Origin: Halorubrum sp. BV1 | GTDB lineage: Archaea; Halobacteriota; Halobacteria; Halobacteriales; Haloferacaceae | Reading direction: 5' to 3' | Length of the DNA: 32,000 bases | Assembly (NCBI RefSeq): GCF_000746205.1 | Contig: NZ_JQKV01000001.1 | Span: forward strand, 1-32,000 | Shown: positions 14,701 through 23,657 of the stretch, piece by piece | Numbering within the stretch: the first letter of the stretch is position 1 | Layout of the letters: every line of letters begins with the position of its first letter | Position numbers and translations under genes: made by a program | Notes under the pieces: model-generated | What the model was told of the DNA's origin: nothing | Databases searched by the model: none | The model's input: the letters and a program-made list of their open reading frames with translations, nothing else

Positions 14701-16484
14701 CGCTTGACGAGGCGGAGGGTGCCATCTCCCGCGGGTTCGAGACGGTCAGCGACGCCTACGTGGAGACGTGGCGAGACTGGCTCGCCGACCGGTCGTTCCC
14801 CGCCTCCGTCGCCGGCGACGTCGACGTGGAGACGCAGTACCGGTTCGCGCTGATGACGCTGGCGGCCGTCGAGGACAAACGACACGACGGCGCGGGGATC
14901 GCGAGCCCGTCGGTACCGTGGGGCGAGACCGAGTACGCCGCCGAAGACCGCGGCTACGGCTACAACTTCGTCTGGTCACGCGACCTCTATCAGGTGTTCA
15001 CGGCGCTCGTCGAGGTCGGCGAGGTCGACCGCGGGGCCGACGCGCTCGCGTACCTCTATAACACCCAGCAGGACGACGACGGGTTCCTCCCGCAGAACAC
15101 CTACATCGACGGGCGCACCCGGTGGGGCGGCGAGCAGATGGACAACATCGCGTTCCCCTCCGTGATGGCGTGGCAGCTCCACGAACACGGCGTCGAGTTC
15201 GCCGACGCCGACTACACGTACGACCACGTCCGTCGGTCGCTCGGGTACATCGCGGTCAACGGCCCCGAGACGGCGCAGGAACGCTGGGAGGAGGAGGCGG
15301 GATTCTCTCCGTCCAGCATCGCCGCCGAGATAGCCGGCCTCGTCTGCGGGGCCGCGTTGGCGCTCGCGGAGGCCGACCGTCGGGACGCGCACGGACGGGT
15401 CGCGGACGCGGGCGACCTCCTCGATCCCGACGCGCTTCGCGCCGACGCGCTCGCGTGGCTCGCGCTCGCCGACGACTGGACCGACCGCGTCGAGGAGTGG
15501 TGCGCGACCGCGACGGGGACAGAGCGGCACGCGGAGACCCCGTACTACGTCAGGATCACGGCTGACGGCGACCCCGAGGCGGGGCGACCGCGAACGATCG
15601 CCAACGACGGACCGACGTACGACGAGCGGGAGATAGTCGACGGCGGCTTCCTCGAACTCGTCCGGCTCGGTATCAAGCCGGCGGACGACGACACCGTCCG
15701 AAACTCCGTATCCGTCGCCGACGACTCGATCCGGGTCGACACGCCGCACGGCCCCGCGTGGTACCGCTACGTCGGCGATGCGTACGGCGAGATAGCGACC
15801 GGCGACCCGGGCGCGCCGTGGGCCGGAACCGGCGACGGTCGCGGCCGCCTGTGGCCGATATTCACCGGCGAGCGCGGCGAGTACGAACTCCGCGCTCGCG
15901 CCGACGGACCGGACGGGTTCGGGGGCACGGACGAGGACGCACTCGAACCCGACGCGCTCTTGGAGACGATGGCCGGGTTCGGCAACTCCGGCCGAATGCT
16001 CCCCGAACAGGTGTGGGACCGCGAGCACCCGACCGACTACGGCTGGGAGTTCGGCGAGGGAACCGGGGGGGCCACCCCGCTGGCGTGGTCGATGGCCGGG
16101 TTCATCCGCCTCGCCCACGGTGTCGACGCCGGCGAGCCGGTCGAGACGCCGTCCGTGGTCCGCGACCGCTACGTCGAACGCGACCGGCCCGAACGCCCCT
16201 CGCTCGACGCAACGGCGGAGTTCGTCGCGGACGACCTCGTGATTGCCGGCGAGACGACCGGCGACGTGGTCGCCGTCCACACCCCGACCGGATCGGCGCT
16301 CGCGACCCCGCAGGACGGATCGTTCGAAGTCCTCCTCGACGCCGACATCGACGCGCACGGTATCACCGTCGCCGCCGCGTCGACCGAAGCGGCCGCCGAC
16401 CTCGACATCGCTGACGCCGACAGCGACCATCCCCTCGCCGGGCTTCGCGACGTCGGCACCGCGGTCGAGCGGATCCGTCTGTAG
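11733..16484 (+). CDS. 1583-aa protein with two tandem complete GH15 (glucoamylase / glucodextranase / trehalase family) modules and a C-terminal beta-rich tail
   Basis: Module 1: YGYTWFRDEAE (~12738-12770), CWENALGRF (~13140), FAEQAFDD...TPLAWSHALRI (~13770-13840). Module 2: HWTTGRKFGVGT...VWYTLTEGALTEARFP (glucodextranase-N-like), GYGYNFVWSRDLYQ (14952-14990), ERWEEEAGFSPSSIA (from 15279), MLPEQVWD (~16002), TPLAWSMAGFIRL (~16077). I moved the start from 11595 to ATG 11733 (MRLRTALTEHE...). No signal peptide. Confidence 0.88.
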   Translation: MRLRTALTEHERRRDERYPAERPTTAGAFTGDDGRLVHVGPDGTVHDCSYSLSGVGGADRLRMGITAGRGVRWFDELTTTRQHYDGDTPLVETEYDAGRYTIHQFDLVVSDTHLTHVELRGAPPAGAELVAACAFAPDMVEGRVGNLVHESAGPEDGSVVEVYHRTEHDFFTASTGLSAAHGQRLRTIPELLGESGDGFPHRGEIDQREDSRLTPDVVMRAPFERDGRTERVTLASRAVVDRRDARDTGEDAKDALSDGPDRQRRIDETARIATAYPDAGDLREAAAGRGPTVPDDVPRRDVVAGDLRTLDLLAAESGARIAAPEFDPFYSTSGGYGYTWFRDEAEVSMALLDASEEIGLDADEDLLATAAFFCRTQDADGSWPHRVWADSGKVAPGWANARIEGANGTAGPNDQLDQPASVVAFLARLRRTADLPEEWRDRIDATVADAVAFLRETTEADGLPRRCQNCWENALGRFTHTGATYLRAFAAVARAPVDDETRVAAAAAADDALAGLDERFDADTGRFPQRASDDGRDGRADASTFALASAATEYAALRDERAEVDGAPTDGSDAAVATADFERFLDRVQTHVGNTIDALHRETADVDGLVRFTGDDWRTAEQGAAKVWSLATLWGVTAAAEIGGLVADRGGDAGPLFSDARELYSLCESDGPFVNDAGLFAEQAFDDGALDSATPLAWSHALRIDATVTLAAHGALPVPHDRPTGPDEAPHWTTGRKFGVGTPADHDADRPVPVWYTLTEGALTEARFPRIDVMNVRTFDFLVADPETGYTIRTFDETSHVTATETVERTTEPTVGDALAYTQTIRETGDGHGHRWTLTVEYAVDTEGNAILADVEFEGSREYDVYALVDTTITNVGTNDRGDRVRDEEGYHLLARNDDAADRDPGKLVDDDGESFEVALALASEDRFDWASALAAGGHEADALFGEGTRGEGIAEAVGNVVLAGLVGSGTDVSDTVALGFAEEADTAAALDEAEGAISRGFETVSDAYVETWRDWLADRSFPASVAGDVDVETQYRFALMTLAAVEDKRHDGAGIASPSVPWGETEYAAEDRGYGYNFVWSRDLYQVFTALVEVGEVDRGADALAYLYNTQQDDDGFLPQNTYIDGRTRWGGEQMDNIAFPSVMAWQLHEHGVEFADADYTYDHVRRSLGYIAVNGPETAQERWEEEAGFSPSSIAAEIAGLVCGAALALAEADRRDAHGRVADAGDLLDPDALRADALAWLALADDWTDRVEEWCATATGTERHAETPYYVRITADGDPEAGRPRTIANDGPTYDEREIVDGGFLELVRLGIKPADDDTVRNSVSVADDSIRVDTPHGPAWYRYVGDAYGEIATGDPGAPWAGTGDGRGRLWPIFTGERGEYELRARADGPDGFGGTDEDALEPDALLETMAGFGNSGRMLPEQVWDREHPTDYGWEFGEGTGGATPLAWSMAGFIRLAHGVDAGEPVETPSVVRDRYVERDRPERPSLDATAEFVADDLVIAGETTGDVVAVHTPTGSALATPQDGSFEVLLDADIDAHGITVAAASTEAAADLDIADADSDHPLAGLRDVGTAVERIRL

Positions 16485-16523
16485 GCGGGCCAGCAGTCAT
16501 CAGCGCCGCCGATCGACCTCCGT

Positions 16524-17045
16524 TTATCCCAGTGCGACCACGTCGACCTCGTGGTCCGGTCTGTCCTCATTGTCTCCGCCTCCGCCGGCCTCGCTTCCGC
16601 CGGCCTCGCCCTCACTGCTCCCGCCTCCGCGGCCGACGTCGAGCGTCACCGCGTCGGTGAGCGACTCGCGGACGCGCTCGCGCCACGCCTCGACTGCTTT
16701 GCCGTGGCGTCGCCGGCGCGTCTCCACGTCGGCGTCCGGATGCTCCGCCGCCGTCTCGTCGACCTCCGGATACGTCGGGACGTCTTCGACCAGCTCTCGC
16801 GGGTCGACGTGGATCGCTCCCGGTTCGGCGGTCGATCCCTCCGGTTCGGCCGCCGCTCCCGCGGCCGTTGCTCCCGACGCGTCCGCGGCGTGCAGCCGAG
16901 CCCGCATTCGTCCCGAAAAGGGCGGCGTCACCCGCAAGACGACCTCGCGGTCGGTCCGGAGCGTCGCCTCCAAGGCGTTTGCCACGTCCTCTCGGTGGAC
17001 CGCGATCGATCGGATTCGGGTCGGATCCGAAGCGTCGTCAGTCAT
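16524..17045 (-). CDS. Acidic hypothetical protein (173 aa), coupled to the upstream MutS-like gene
   Basis: ATG 17045 lies 2 nt after the MutS-like stop codon (17048-17050). Halophile-like acidic composition with a Gly/Ser/Glu low-complexity tail (GGGSSEGEAGGSEAGGGG). No family recognised. Confidence 0.7.
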   Translation of the reverse strand: MTDDASDPTRIRSIAVHREDVANALEATLRTDREVVLRVTPPFSGRMRARLHAADASGATAAGAAAEPEGSTAEPGAIHVDPRELVEDVPTYPEVDETAAEHPDADVETRRRRHGKAVEAWRERVRESLTDAVTLDVGRGGGSSEGEAGGSEAGGGGDNEDRPDHEVDVVALG

Positions 17046-17047
17046 GA

Positions 17048-18886
17048 TCACTCGTCGCCCGCCGACCACTCGGCGTCCGAGAGGGTTCGCTGGACCGCCT
17101 CCTCACCGACGGCACCGGCGAGGTGTTCGAACCCCGCGCGGACTCCCCGGTCGCTCGCGTTCGCGACGAGCCGCGAAACGATGAACTCCGGCGTCGACTT
17201 CCCGACGGTGCCGAACCGCGGCTGGTAATCGACGCGCAACTCGAGGTCGCCGGTGAGCCCCTCCGCGAAGATCCCGTCGATTCGGGCGGCCTCGGGCAGC
17301 GGACTGAGATCGTCCGCGAGGTGCGTCACGTACACGCCGAGCGCGCCGCGGTCGACGGTGAGCGTGACGAGGCCGTTCAGCAGGTCGGCGGCGCGGCCCG
17401 GCTCCGTGATCGCCTCGAACTCGTCGACAAGCATGAGCGTCCGTCCGTCCTCGACGAGCGGCGGGACCACGGACTTCAGCGTCGACTCCAGCACGCCGGC
17501 GTTAAACGAGGCGTGCCGCCGGTGGAAGACGATCCGGTCGAACGGGCCTACTTCGGCCGCGTCCGCCGGCACCGGGAGTCCCATCGACGCGAGCAGTGCG
17601 ACCGCACACAGGGTTTCAAGCAGCGTCGTCTTTCCGCCGGAGTTCGCCCCTGTGAGTACGCTCACCCGGTCGCCGCTCGGCGGCGCGTCTGTCGCCGCGA
17701 CGCCCGCGCCGTCCGCGAGCGAGTGAGGCCCGACCCCGTACGACACCGGCTGAACGTCTCCGGAGACGAAGAGGCTACGAGCATTTCTGACCGCGATCCC
17801 GTCGTCGACGAGCCGCGGCCGAACGAGGTCCCGGTCGGCCGCGAACCGCCCGAGCGACAGCAGGAACGCGGCGTCCGCTACCGCCGCGGCCGCGCGGGAC
17901 ACGTCGCTCGCGCTGCTGCCGCGCTCGCCGTCGTTTGCGTCTCCGCTGTCGTCTGTCTTCTCCACGCCGATCCGCGCTCGGATGTCGGCGGCCACGGTCG
18001 CCTCGCGCTCCTCGACGGCCGCCTCCAACTCCGCTTCGAGGTCGCGGAGCGTGGCGGAGACGAAGTCGGCGGCGTCGAGCGCGTCGTCGGGCGCGGCCGC
18101 CCGCACCCGTGCCCTGTCGACGCCGGTCTCCGCGGCGACGTGGTCGATCGTCGCCGACTGCAGGGCCTCGAAGTCTCGCAGGGAGCCGTCTCTGACCGAT
18201 TCCAACACGTCGAACGCGGCGTCCGACAGGTCGCGCGCGCCCGAGAGCTGCTCGCGCCGCCGGTCCAGTTCGTCGTCAGCGCCGCGAGCCACGTCGATGT
18301 CGGCGTCCGGGTCGGGGTCGATCGCGCCGCGAACGTCGGCGAGCGCGTCGGCCGCGTCGCGAAGCGTCTCGCCGTCGAGCGCGCCGATCGCCGCGAAGGG
18401 TCCGGATGTAACCGCTTCCTCCCGCAAGGCGATCGCCGTCTCGACCGCGGCGCGGTCCCCTCCCCTCGCCTCGTCGTACGCGTCGAAGGCCGCGACGACG
18501 CGCTCGCGCGCACCGTCGTCGAGTCCGGCCCACGTCTCGCGTGCGGCCGTGACGTCGTCGAGGCGCGTCTCCACGGCGTCACGGTCTGAGAGCGGCGTCA
18601 GCACACGAATTCGGTCAGCTGCGTGCGCAGTCAACGCCTCGCCGGCCGCCAACGCGAGGAGGTCGTCGTACACGGAACGCGTGTCGCTCGTCGCGAGCAC
18701 GTTCATCCCGGCCTCGCCGTTCGCCCGGCGGAGGATCCGGGTCGCACGGCCGCGGTGGAGTCCGGCGTCGACGAGCGCGCGCACGTCGGCCGACTCGATT
18801 GCCTCGATCGCCCGCTCAGTACCGAGGGAGTCGGCGAGCTGCTCGCTCGTCTTCGGTCCGATCCCCCAGTAGTCCTCGAGTCGCAT
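17048..18886 (-). CDS. MutS-domain-V ATPase (archaeal MutS-like protein without mismatch-binding or Smr domains) with HhH-like N-terminus
   Basis: Walker A GANSGGKTT (nt 17624-17650). Walker B-like TLMLVDEFEAITEP. VYVTHL matches the MutS ATPase core. The N-terminus YWGIGPKTSEQLADSLGTERAIEAI looks like a helix-hairpin-helix. The long helical middle is Ala/Asp-rich. Confidence 0.85.
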   Translation of the reverse strand: MRLEDYWGIGPKTSEQLADSLGTERAIEAIESADVRALVDAGLHRGRATRILRRANGEAGMNVLATSDTRSVYDDLLALAAGEALTAHAADRIRVLTPLSDRDAVETRLDDVTAARETWAGLDDGARERVVAAFDAYDEARGGDRAAVETAIALREEAVTSGPFAAIGALDGETLRDAADALADVRGAIDPDPDADIDVARGADDELDRRREQLSGARDLSDAAFDVLESVRDGSLRDFEALQSATIDHVAAETGVDRARVRAAAPDDALDAADFVSATLRDLEAELEAAVEEREATVAADIRARIGVEKTDDSGDANDGERGSSASDVSRAAAAVADAAFLLSLGRFAADRDLVRPRLVDDGIAVRNARSLFVSGDVQPVSYGVGPHSLADGAGVAATDAPPSGDRVSVLTGANSGGKTTLLETLCAVALLASMGLPVPADAAEVGPFDRIVFHRRHASFNAGVLESTLKSVVPPLVEDGRTLMLVDEFEAITEPGRAADLLNGLVTLTVDRGALGVYVTHLADDLSPLPEAARIDGIFAEGLTGDLELRVDYQPRFGTVGKSTPEFIVSRLVANASDRGVRAGFEHLAGAVGEEAVQRTLSDAEWSAGDE

Positions 18887-19291
18887 ACCCCGTGGTGTCG
18901 CCCCGGCGTCTTTGCGCTTTCGTCGCCGCGGGCGTCGTCGCCGTCTCGCTGCGCCGATACGTGTGTGGCAGTTCCACTATTCCACTCAAACACGTTTTCC
19001 GAGCGAGTACGATGACGACCACCGAGCCGCCGCTCTCGTCGAGTATCTCCCCACGCTACTTGATGTACGTTCGGATCGAATCGAGACGACCCGCGACTCG
19101 CCGCCGCTACGTCGGTCGAGCGCCGTCGCGAGAAAACGTACGCATACGTTATAGATGGTTGGTGTGGGGTTCTCGAAATATTGTATTGTGCAGTCCAGAC
19201 ACAACTGTTATATCGTTCAACCGGATAGTAATCATCGTCCAGAAATGTGCAACACTCGAATTATCGCTCGCGGTCACCGGAGGACGAACTG

Positions 19292-19456
19292 ATGCCCGGG
19301 CTCGAAGTTCCGACGTGGGACCCGGAGACGGCCATGCTCATCGGCGCGATCCTGTTAGAGGCTATCGTGTTATACGTCGGCTACGCCGGCCTCGAACGTC
19401 TCGTCGGCCGCCGTCTGATGAAGCTCTTGGTCGGGGGTGACTCCGATGCTCAGTAG
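19292..19456 (+). CDS. Small single-pass membrane peptide (54 aa)
   Basis: MPGLEVPTWDPETAMLIGAILLEAIVLYVGYAGLERLVGRRLMKLLVGGDSDAQ has one clear TM helix. ATG 19292 is preceded by ggagga (19279-19284). The stop overlaps the TauE ATG by 11 nt, suggesting translational coupling. Confidence 0.55.
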   Translation: MPGLEVPTWDPETAMLIGAILLEAIVLYVGYAGLERLVGRRLMKLLVGGDSDAQ

Positions 19457-20498
19457 CCTGATCGGGACGATCGGCGGCTCGCCCGAGACTATCGCGCTCT
19501 TCGTCGGATTCGGGCTCGTCGTCGGTCTCCTCTTCGGGTTCTTCGGGATGGGCGGGTCGTTCCTCGTGACGCCCGCGCTGTTGATGTTGGGCTATCCGGC
19601 CTCCGTCGCGGTCGGGAGCGGGATGGCGTTCGTGTTCGGGACGGCAGTCATCGCGACGCTCAAACACCACGACCTCGGGCAGGTCGACTACAAACTCGGC
19701 GCGATCATGATCGCCGGGACGACGCTCGGCATCGAAGTCGGACGCGCGAGCGTGTTCTACCTCGAATCGCTCGGACTCGCCGGCGGCGTGATAAGCGTGG
19801 TCTACGTGTTCTTACTCGGCGGTATCGGGCTCATGGTCACCCGAGACGCCCTGTCGGGCGACAGCGGCGGCGGTATCGATCACGACGCGGGCGATGAGAA
19901 GGATCTGAGCGAGTACGAGATCCCCGAGATCGCGACGCGGATCCAAGAGACGGTCAGGATCCCGCCGATGGTCACGCTTCGCGGGGACATCCGCGTCTCC
20001 CTGTGGGTTATCACGGCTGTCGCCTTCTCGACCGGCGTCTTGTCCGGGTTCCTCGGCGTCGGCGGCGGCTTCATCCGGATGCCGGCGATGATCTACGCGA
20101 TCGGCGTTCCGACTCCCGTCGCCGTCGGGACCGACCTCTTCGAGATCGTGTTCTCCGGCGGTATCGGCAGCTACCTCTACGGCCAGAGCGGCGGCGTAGA
20201 GCTGAGCATCGTCGCGCCGCTCCTGTTCGGGAGCGCGCTCGGCGCGCGCATCGGCTCCGCCGCGACCGCCGTCGTCAACGCCGACGACATCAAGGTGTAC
20301 TTCGGCGGGATGCTGCTCGCCGGCTCCATCGCCGTCGGTATCGGCGAAGTGGGGTCGTACCTCGGCAACGAACTGTTGGAGACGGTCGGCCTGTTCCTCG
20401 TCATCGGAGCCGCGGTCGCCGTGGCCGGCGCGATCGTCTTCAGCACGCTCCGGACGCTGCGGTCGACCCGCGGCCGCGCGACCGCGACGACCGACTGA
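19446..20498 (+). CDS. TauE/SafE (sulfite exporter-like) family permease
   Basis: LLFGFFGMGGSFLVTPALLMLG in the first half and GFLGVGGGFIRMPAMIYAIG in the second half are the duplicated TauE/SafE signature. A hydrophilic acidic loop sits between the halves. ATG 19446 preferred over GTG 19437. Confidence 0.85.
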   Translation: MLSSLIGTIGGSPETIALFVGFGLVVGLLFGFFGMGGSFLVTPALLMLGYPASVAVGSGMAFVFGTAVIATLKHHDLGQVDYKLGAIMIAGTTLGIEVGRASVFYLESLGLAGGVISVVYVFLLGGIGLMVTRDALSGDSGGGIDHDAGDEKDLSEYEIPEIATRIQETVRIPPMVTLRGDIRVSLWVITAVAFSTGVLSGFLGVGGGFIRMPAMIYAIGVPTPVAVGTDLFEIVFSGGIGSYLYGQSGGVELSIVAPLLFGSALGARIGSAATAVVNADDIKVYFGGMLLAGSIAVGIGEVGSYLGNELLETVGLFLVIGAAVAVAGAIVFSTLRTLRSTRGRATATTD

Positions 20499-20508
20499 TC
20501 TCCGATCG

Positions 20509-21855
20509 CTAGTTCTCGCCCGGCGTCCACTCCGCGTCGAGTTCGCGGTGCGTGTACGGAAGCGCGTCCTCGCCGCTGTAGCTCGCCACGAGGTGACCGT
20601 CGCCTTCGAGGTAGTACTTGTACGTCGTCAGTCCCTCCAGCCCGACCGGACCGCGCGCGTGGACCTTCCCGGTCGAGATGCCGACCTCCGCGCCGAGCCC
20701 GTACCGGTAGCCGTCGGCGAACCGCGTCGAGGCGTTGTGGAACACGCTCGCGGCGTCGATCCCGGTCATGAACGCCTCGGCGGCCGCGTCGTCCGCGGTG
20801 ACTATCGACTCCGTGTGTTTCGAGCCGTGCGCGTTGACGTGGTCTATCGCCTCGTACACGTCGTCGACGACGGCGATCGACAGTTCGAGGTCGCCGTACT
20901 CGGTGTCCCAGTCGTCTGCGGTCGCCGCCCCGACGTCGACTATCTCCCGAACCGTGTCGTCGCCGCGGAGTTCGACGCCCGCGTCCTCGTACCGCTCGAC
21001 GAGGCCGGGGAGGAACTCGGCCGCGACCGACTCGTTCACGAGGAGCGTCTCGACCGCGTTACACACCGCCGGGTACTGGACCTTCGCGTCGAAGGCGACG
21101 TCTTCTGCCATCTCCAGATTCGCCGCCTCGTCGACGTAGACGTGACAGATACCCTCCGTGTGACCGAGCACCGGGATCTGCGTGGTGTCTTGGATGTACG
21201 AGACGAACTCGGAGGAGCCCCGCGGCATCACGAGGTCGATCTGGTCGTCGAGTTCGAGGAGGCGATCGACCTCCTCGTGTGCCTCGACGAGTCCGGCCCA
21301 GCCGTCGGGGATGTCGGCTATCCCCGCGGTCGCCTCCTCTATCACCCGGTGGAGGACGCGGTTCGACTCGCTCGCCTCGCTCCCGCCCTTGAGGATGACC
21401 GCGTTGCCGGATTTCAGCGCCAGCGCCGCGATCTGGACCAGCGCGTCCGGCCGCGACTCGAACACCGTGGCCACGACGCCGAGCGGGACCGACACCCGAT
21501 ACAGGTCGAGTCCCTCGTCGAGCTCGCGGGCCGCGAGCGTTCGCCCGAGCGGGTCGTCCTGTTCGGCGACCGACTCGACCATCCCCGCGATATCCTCGAC
21601 CTTCGCCGCGTCGAGCTTCAGCCGGTCGACGAGCGCCTGCGTGTACTCCCCTTGCGCCAGGAGATCCTCGGCGGCGGACACGTCGCGGGCGTTGGCGTCG
21701 AGGATCGCCGCCTCCTCCTCGCGGAGCGCGTCGGCGATCGACCGGAGCGCCTCGTTCCGCGTCGCCTCGTCGACGTTCGCGAGACGCAACGCGGCGCGCT
21801 GGGAGTCTCGAACCAGTTCGTCGGTGTCGCGCTCGACCGCTGTCGTGTCACTCAT
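20509..21855 (-). CDS. proA: Gamma-glutamyl phosphate reductase
   Basis: [29 protein letters not shown] and [22 protein letters not shown] are ProA signatures. ATG 21855 overlaps the proB stop by 8 nt (ATGAGTGA). Confidence 0.93.
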   Translation of the reverse strand: MSDTTAVERDTDELVRDSQRAALRLANVDEATRNEALRSIADALREEEAAILDANARDVSAAEDLLAQGEYTQALVDRLKLDAAKVEDIAGMVESVAEQDDPLGRTLAARELDEGLDLYRVSVPLGVVATVFESRPDALVQIAALALKSGNAVILKGGSEASESNRVLHRVIEEATAGIADIPDGWAGLVEAHEEVDRLLELDDQIDLVMPRGSSEFVSYIQDTTQIPVLGHTEGICHVYVDEAANLEMAEDVAFDAKVQYPAVCNAVETLLVNESVAAEFLPGLVERYEDAGVELRGDDTVREIVDVGAATADDWDTEYGDLELSIAVVDDVYEAIDHVNAHGSKHTESIVTADDAAAEAFMTGIDAASVFHNASTRFADGYRYGLGAEVGISTGKVHARGPVGLEGLTTYKYYLEGDGHLVASYSGEDALPYTHRELDAEWTPGEN

Positions 21856-22711
21856 TTGTCTCACCAGTGGATGGGACGAATAGCGTGCCCGCGGATTTAC
21901 CGGCTGCGATCCGCGCCAAGACGTCCGGCTCGGCCGACCCGGCGATGATCGCCGGCCGACCGCTCTCTGCGACGTCCCGCGCGCCCTCCACTTTCGTCTG
22001 AATTCCGCCGAAGTCGGTGGTCGTGCTGTCGCCGATGATGGCTCGCACGTCGTCGTAGTTCGACCCCACGGCCTCGATCACTGACGCGTCGGCGTCGCGC
22101 TTCGGGTTCCCGGTGTACACGCCGGCCACGTCGGTCAGCGTGACGAGTAAGTCGACGTCGAGCGCGAGTGCGACCGACGCCGACAGCATGTCGTTGTCGC
22201 CGATTCGCAGCTCGTCCGTCGCCACCGCGTCGTTCTCGTTTATCACGGGAACGACGCCCCACTCCAGCAGCGTCTCGACCGTGTTCCGGACGTTTCGTAG
22301 CCGCTCGGGGCTGTCGAGGTCCTTGCCCGTCACCAGAATCTGTGCGACCGTCTGGTCGTACCGGTCGAAGCTCTGCGTGTAGTGACGCATCAGCAGGCTC
22401 TGTCCGACCGTCGAGAGCGCCTGACTCTCCTCTATCTCGTCGGTGTCGCGGTCGAGATGCGTCTGTTCGAGGTGGCCGATACCGGCCCCAACCGCGCCCG
22501 AGGAGACGAGGACGACCTCCTTTCCCTCGCGCCGCAAGTCCATCACGTCGGCGACCAGCTTGTCGAGCTTGACCCGGTCGAGCTTCGAATCCTCGTCGGT
22601 CAGAGAGTTGGTCCCCGCCTTCACCACGACGCGGTCGGCCGACGCCGCCGCCTTACGGGCGCGCTCGACGTCGGCGGGATCGACCGCCGCCACCGCCGTC
22701 TCACTCGTCAT
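21848..22711 (-). CDS. proB: Glutamate 5-kinase (short form, no PUA domain)
   Basis: [26 protein letters not shown] and [24 protein letters not shown] are amino-acid-kinase/ProB motifs. The ATG overlaps the proC stop by 11 nt. Confidence 0.92.
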   Translation of the reverse strand: MTSETAVAAVDPADVERARKAAASADRVVVKAGTNSLTDEDSKLDRVKLDKLVADVMDLRREGKEVVLVSSGAVGAGIGHLEQTHLDRDTDEIEESQALSTVGQSLLMRHYTQSFDRYDQTVAQILVTGKDLDSPERLRNVRNTVETLLEWGVVPVINENDAVATDELRIGDNDMLSASVALALDVDLLVTLTDVAGVYTGNPKRDADASVIEAVGSNYDDVRAIIGDSTTTDFGGIQTKVEGARDVAESGRPAIIAGSAEPDVLARIAAGKSAGTLFVPSTGETNE

Positions 22712-23480
22712 CGAACGCCTCCGCCAGTTCCTTCGAGCGCTCTTCGGCCGCCGCTACGGCGTCTGCGACCGCCGCGTCGGCGTCGCTGTCCCAGAGCACC
22801 TCCATCCCTTCGATGGTCGTCCCGTTGGGCGAGCAGACCGCGTCGATCAGCTCGTCCACGCTCCGGTCGTCGCGGAGGACCGTCTCCGCGGCCCCCTTGA
22901 ACGTCTGTGCGGCGAGCGTCTCGGCCTGCTCCGGGTCGAGCCCGCCGTCGATCCCGCCCTGTTTCATCGCGTCGATGAGGTAGAACGCGAACGCGGGACC
23001 GCTCCCGTTGACCGCCGTCGCGATGTCCATCAGCGACTCGTCCACCTCGACGAACTCGCCGACGGCGTCCAGCAGGTCTCTGATCTCGTCCGTGAGTCCG
23101 TCCGTCGTCGCCGCCGCGGCCATGTCGCCGGTCTCGGCCGCGAGGTTGGGCATGATCCGAACCACGGTCGCCGCCGTCCGCTCGGCCACGAACTCGCGGG
23201 GGAGTCCCGCGGCCAGTGTCACGAGCTGCTGGTTCGCGTCGAGGTCGAGGTCGGCGAGCACCGGCTCGGCGATGTCGGGTTTCACCGCCAAGACGACGAT
23301 GTCGGCGTCTGCCGTGCCCGCGTCGACGTCGTCCGTCGTCTCATCGACCGCGTCCGCGACGCTCGCGCGCGCCTCGGGATCGAGGTCGATCGCGGTCAGG
23401 TGATAGCCGTCGGTCCGGGCGAGCCCGCGCAGGAGGGCACCCCCCATGTTGCCACAGCCGATAACGCTTACGCGTGTCAT
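22701..23480 (-). CDS. proC: Pyrroline-5-carboxylate reductase
   Basis: [20 protein letters not shown] is a Rossmann GxGxxG motif. The C-terminal [11 protein letters not shown] is the ProC signature. ATG 23480 preferred; in-frame ATG 23510 is possible. Confidence 0.9.
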   Translation of the reverse strand: MTRVSVIGCGNMGGALLRGLARTDGYHLTAIDLDPEARASVADAVDETTDDVDAGTADADIVVLAVKPDIAEPVLADLDLDANQQLVTLAAGLPREFVAERTAATVVRIMPNLAAETGDMAAAATTDGLTDEIRDLLDAVGEFVEVDESLMDIATAVNGSGPAFAFYLIDAMKQGGIDGGLDPEQAETLAAQTFKGAAETVLRDDRSVDELIDAVCSPNGTTIEGMEVLWDSDADAAVADAVAAAEERSKELAEAFDDE

Positions 23481-23657
23481 GTTGCCTGTAGAGAGCAGGT
23501 TCAGGCTCATACCAACTGCGGTTTCGGAGAAGCGGCTGCCGTGGTCTCGTTACAACACTCGGACGCTATTCTCTACCGAGACGTTGTGTCGTGAACGGCA
23601 CGGAGAGTGTCCCACACGTACGACCTCGTGGCGGGAGACTTACAGCGAAGCCCGACC

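Noticed and set aside
11622-14885. 1087-aa ORF on the minus strand, antisense to the GH15 gene
   Set aside because: The translation is extremely Arg/Gly/Pro/Val-rich with no recognisable motif. The opposite strand carries clear GH15 signatures. This is a typical stop-poor antisense frame in ~70% GC DNA.
17123-18589. 488-aa plus-strand ORF antisense to the MutS-like gene. The same applies to 20548..21948(+) over proA/proB, 22443..23594(+) over proC and 29562..30839(-) over nhaC.
   Set aside because: All are antisense or off-frame to genes with strong family signatures, and all have Arg/Val/Asp-rich low-complexity composition.
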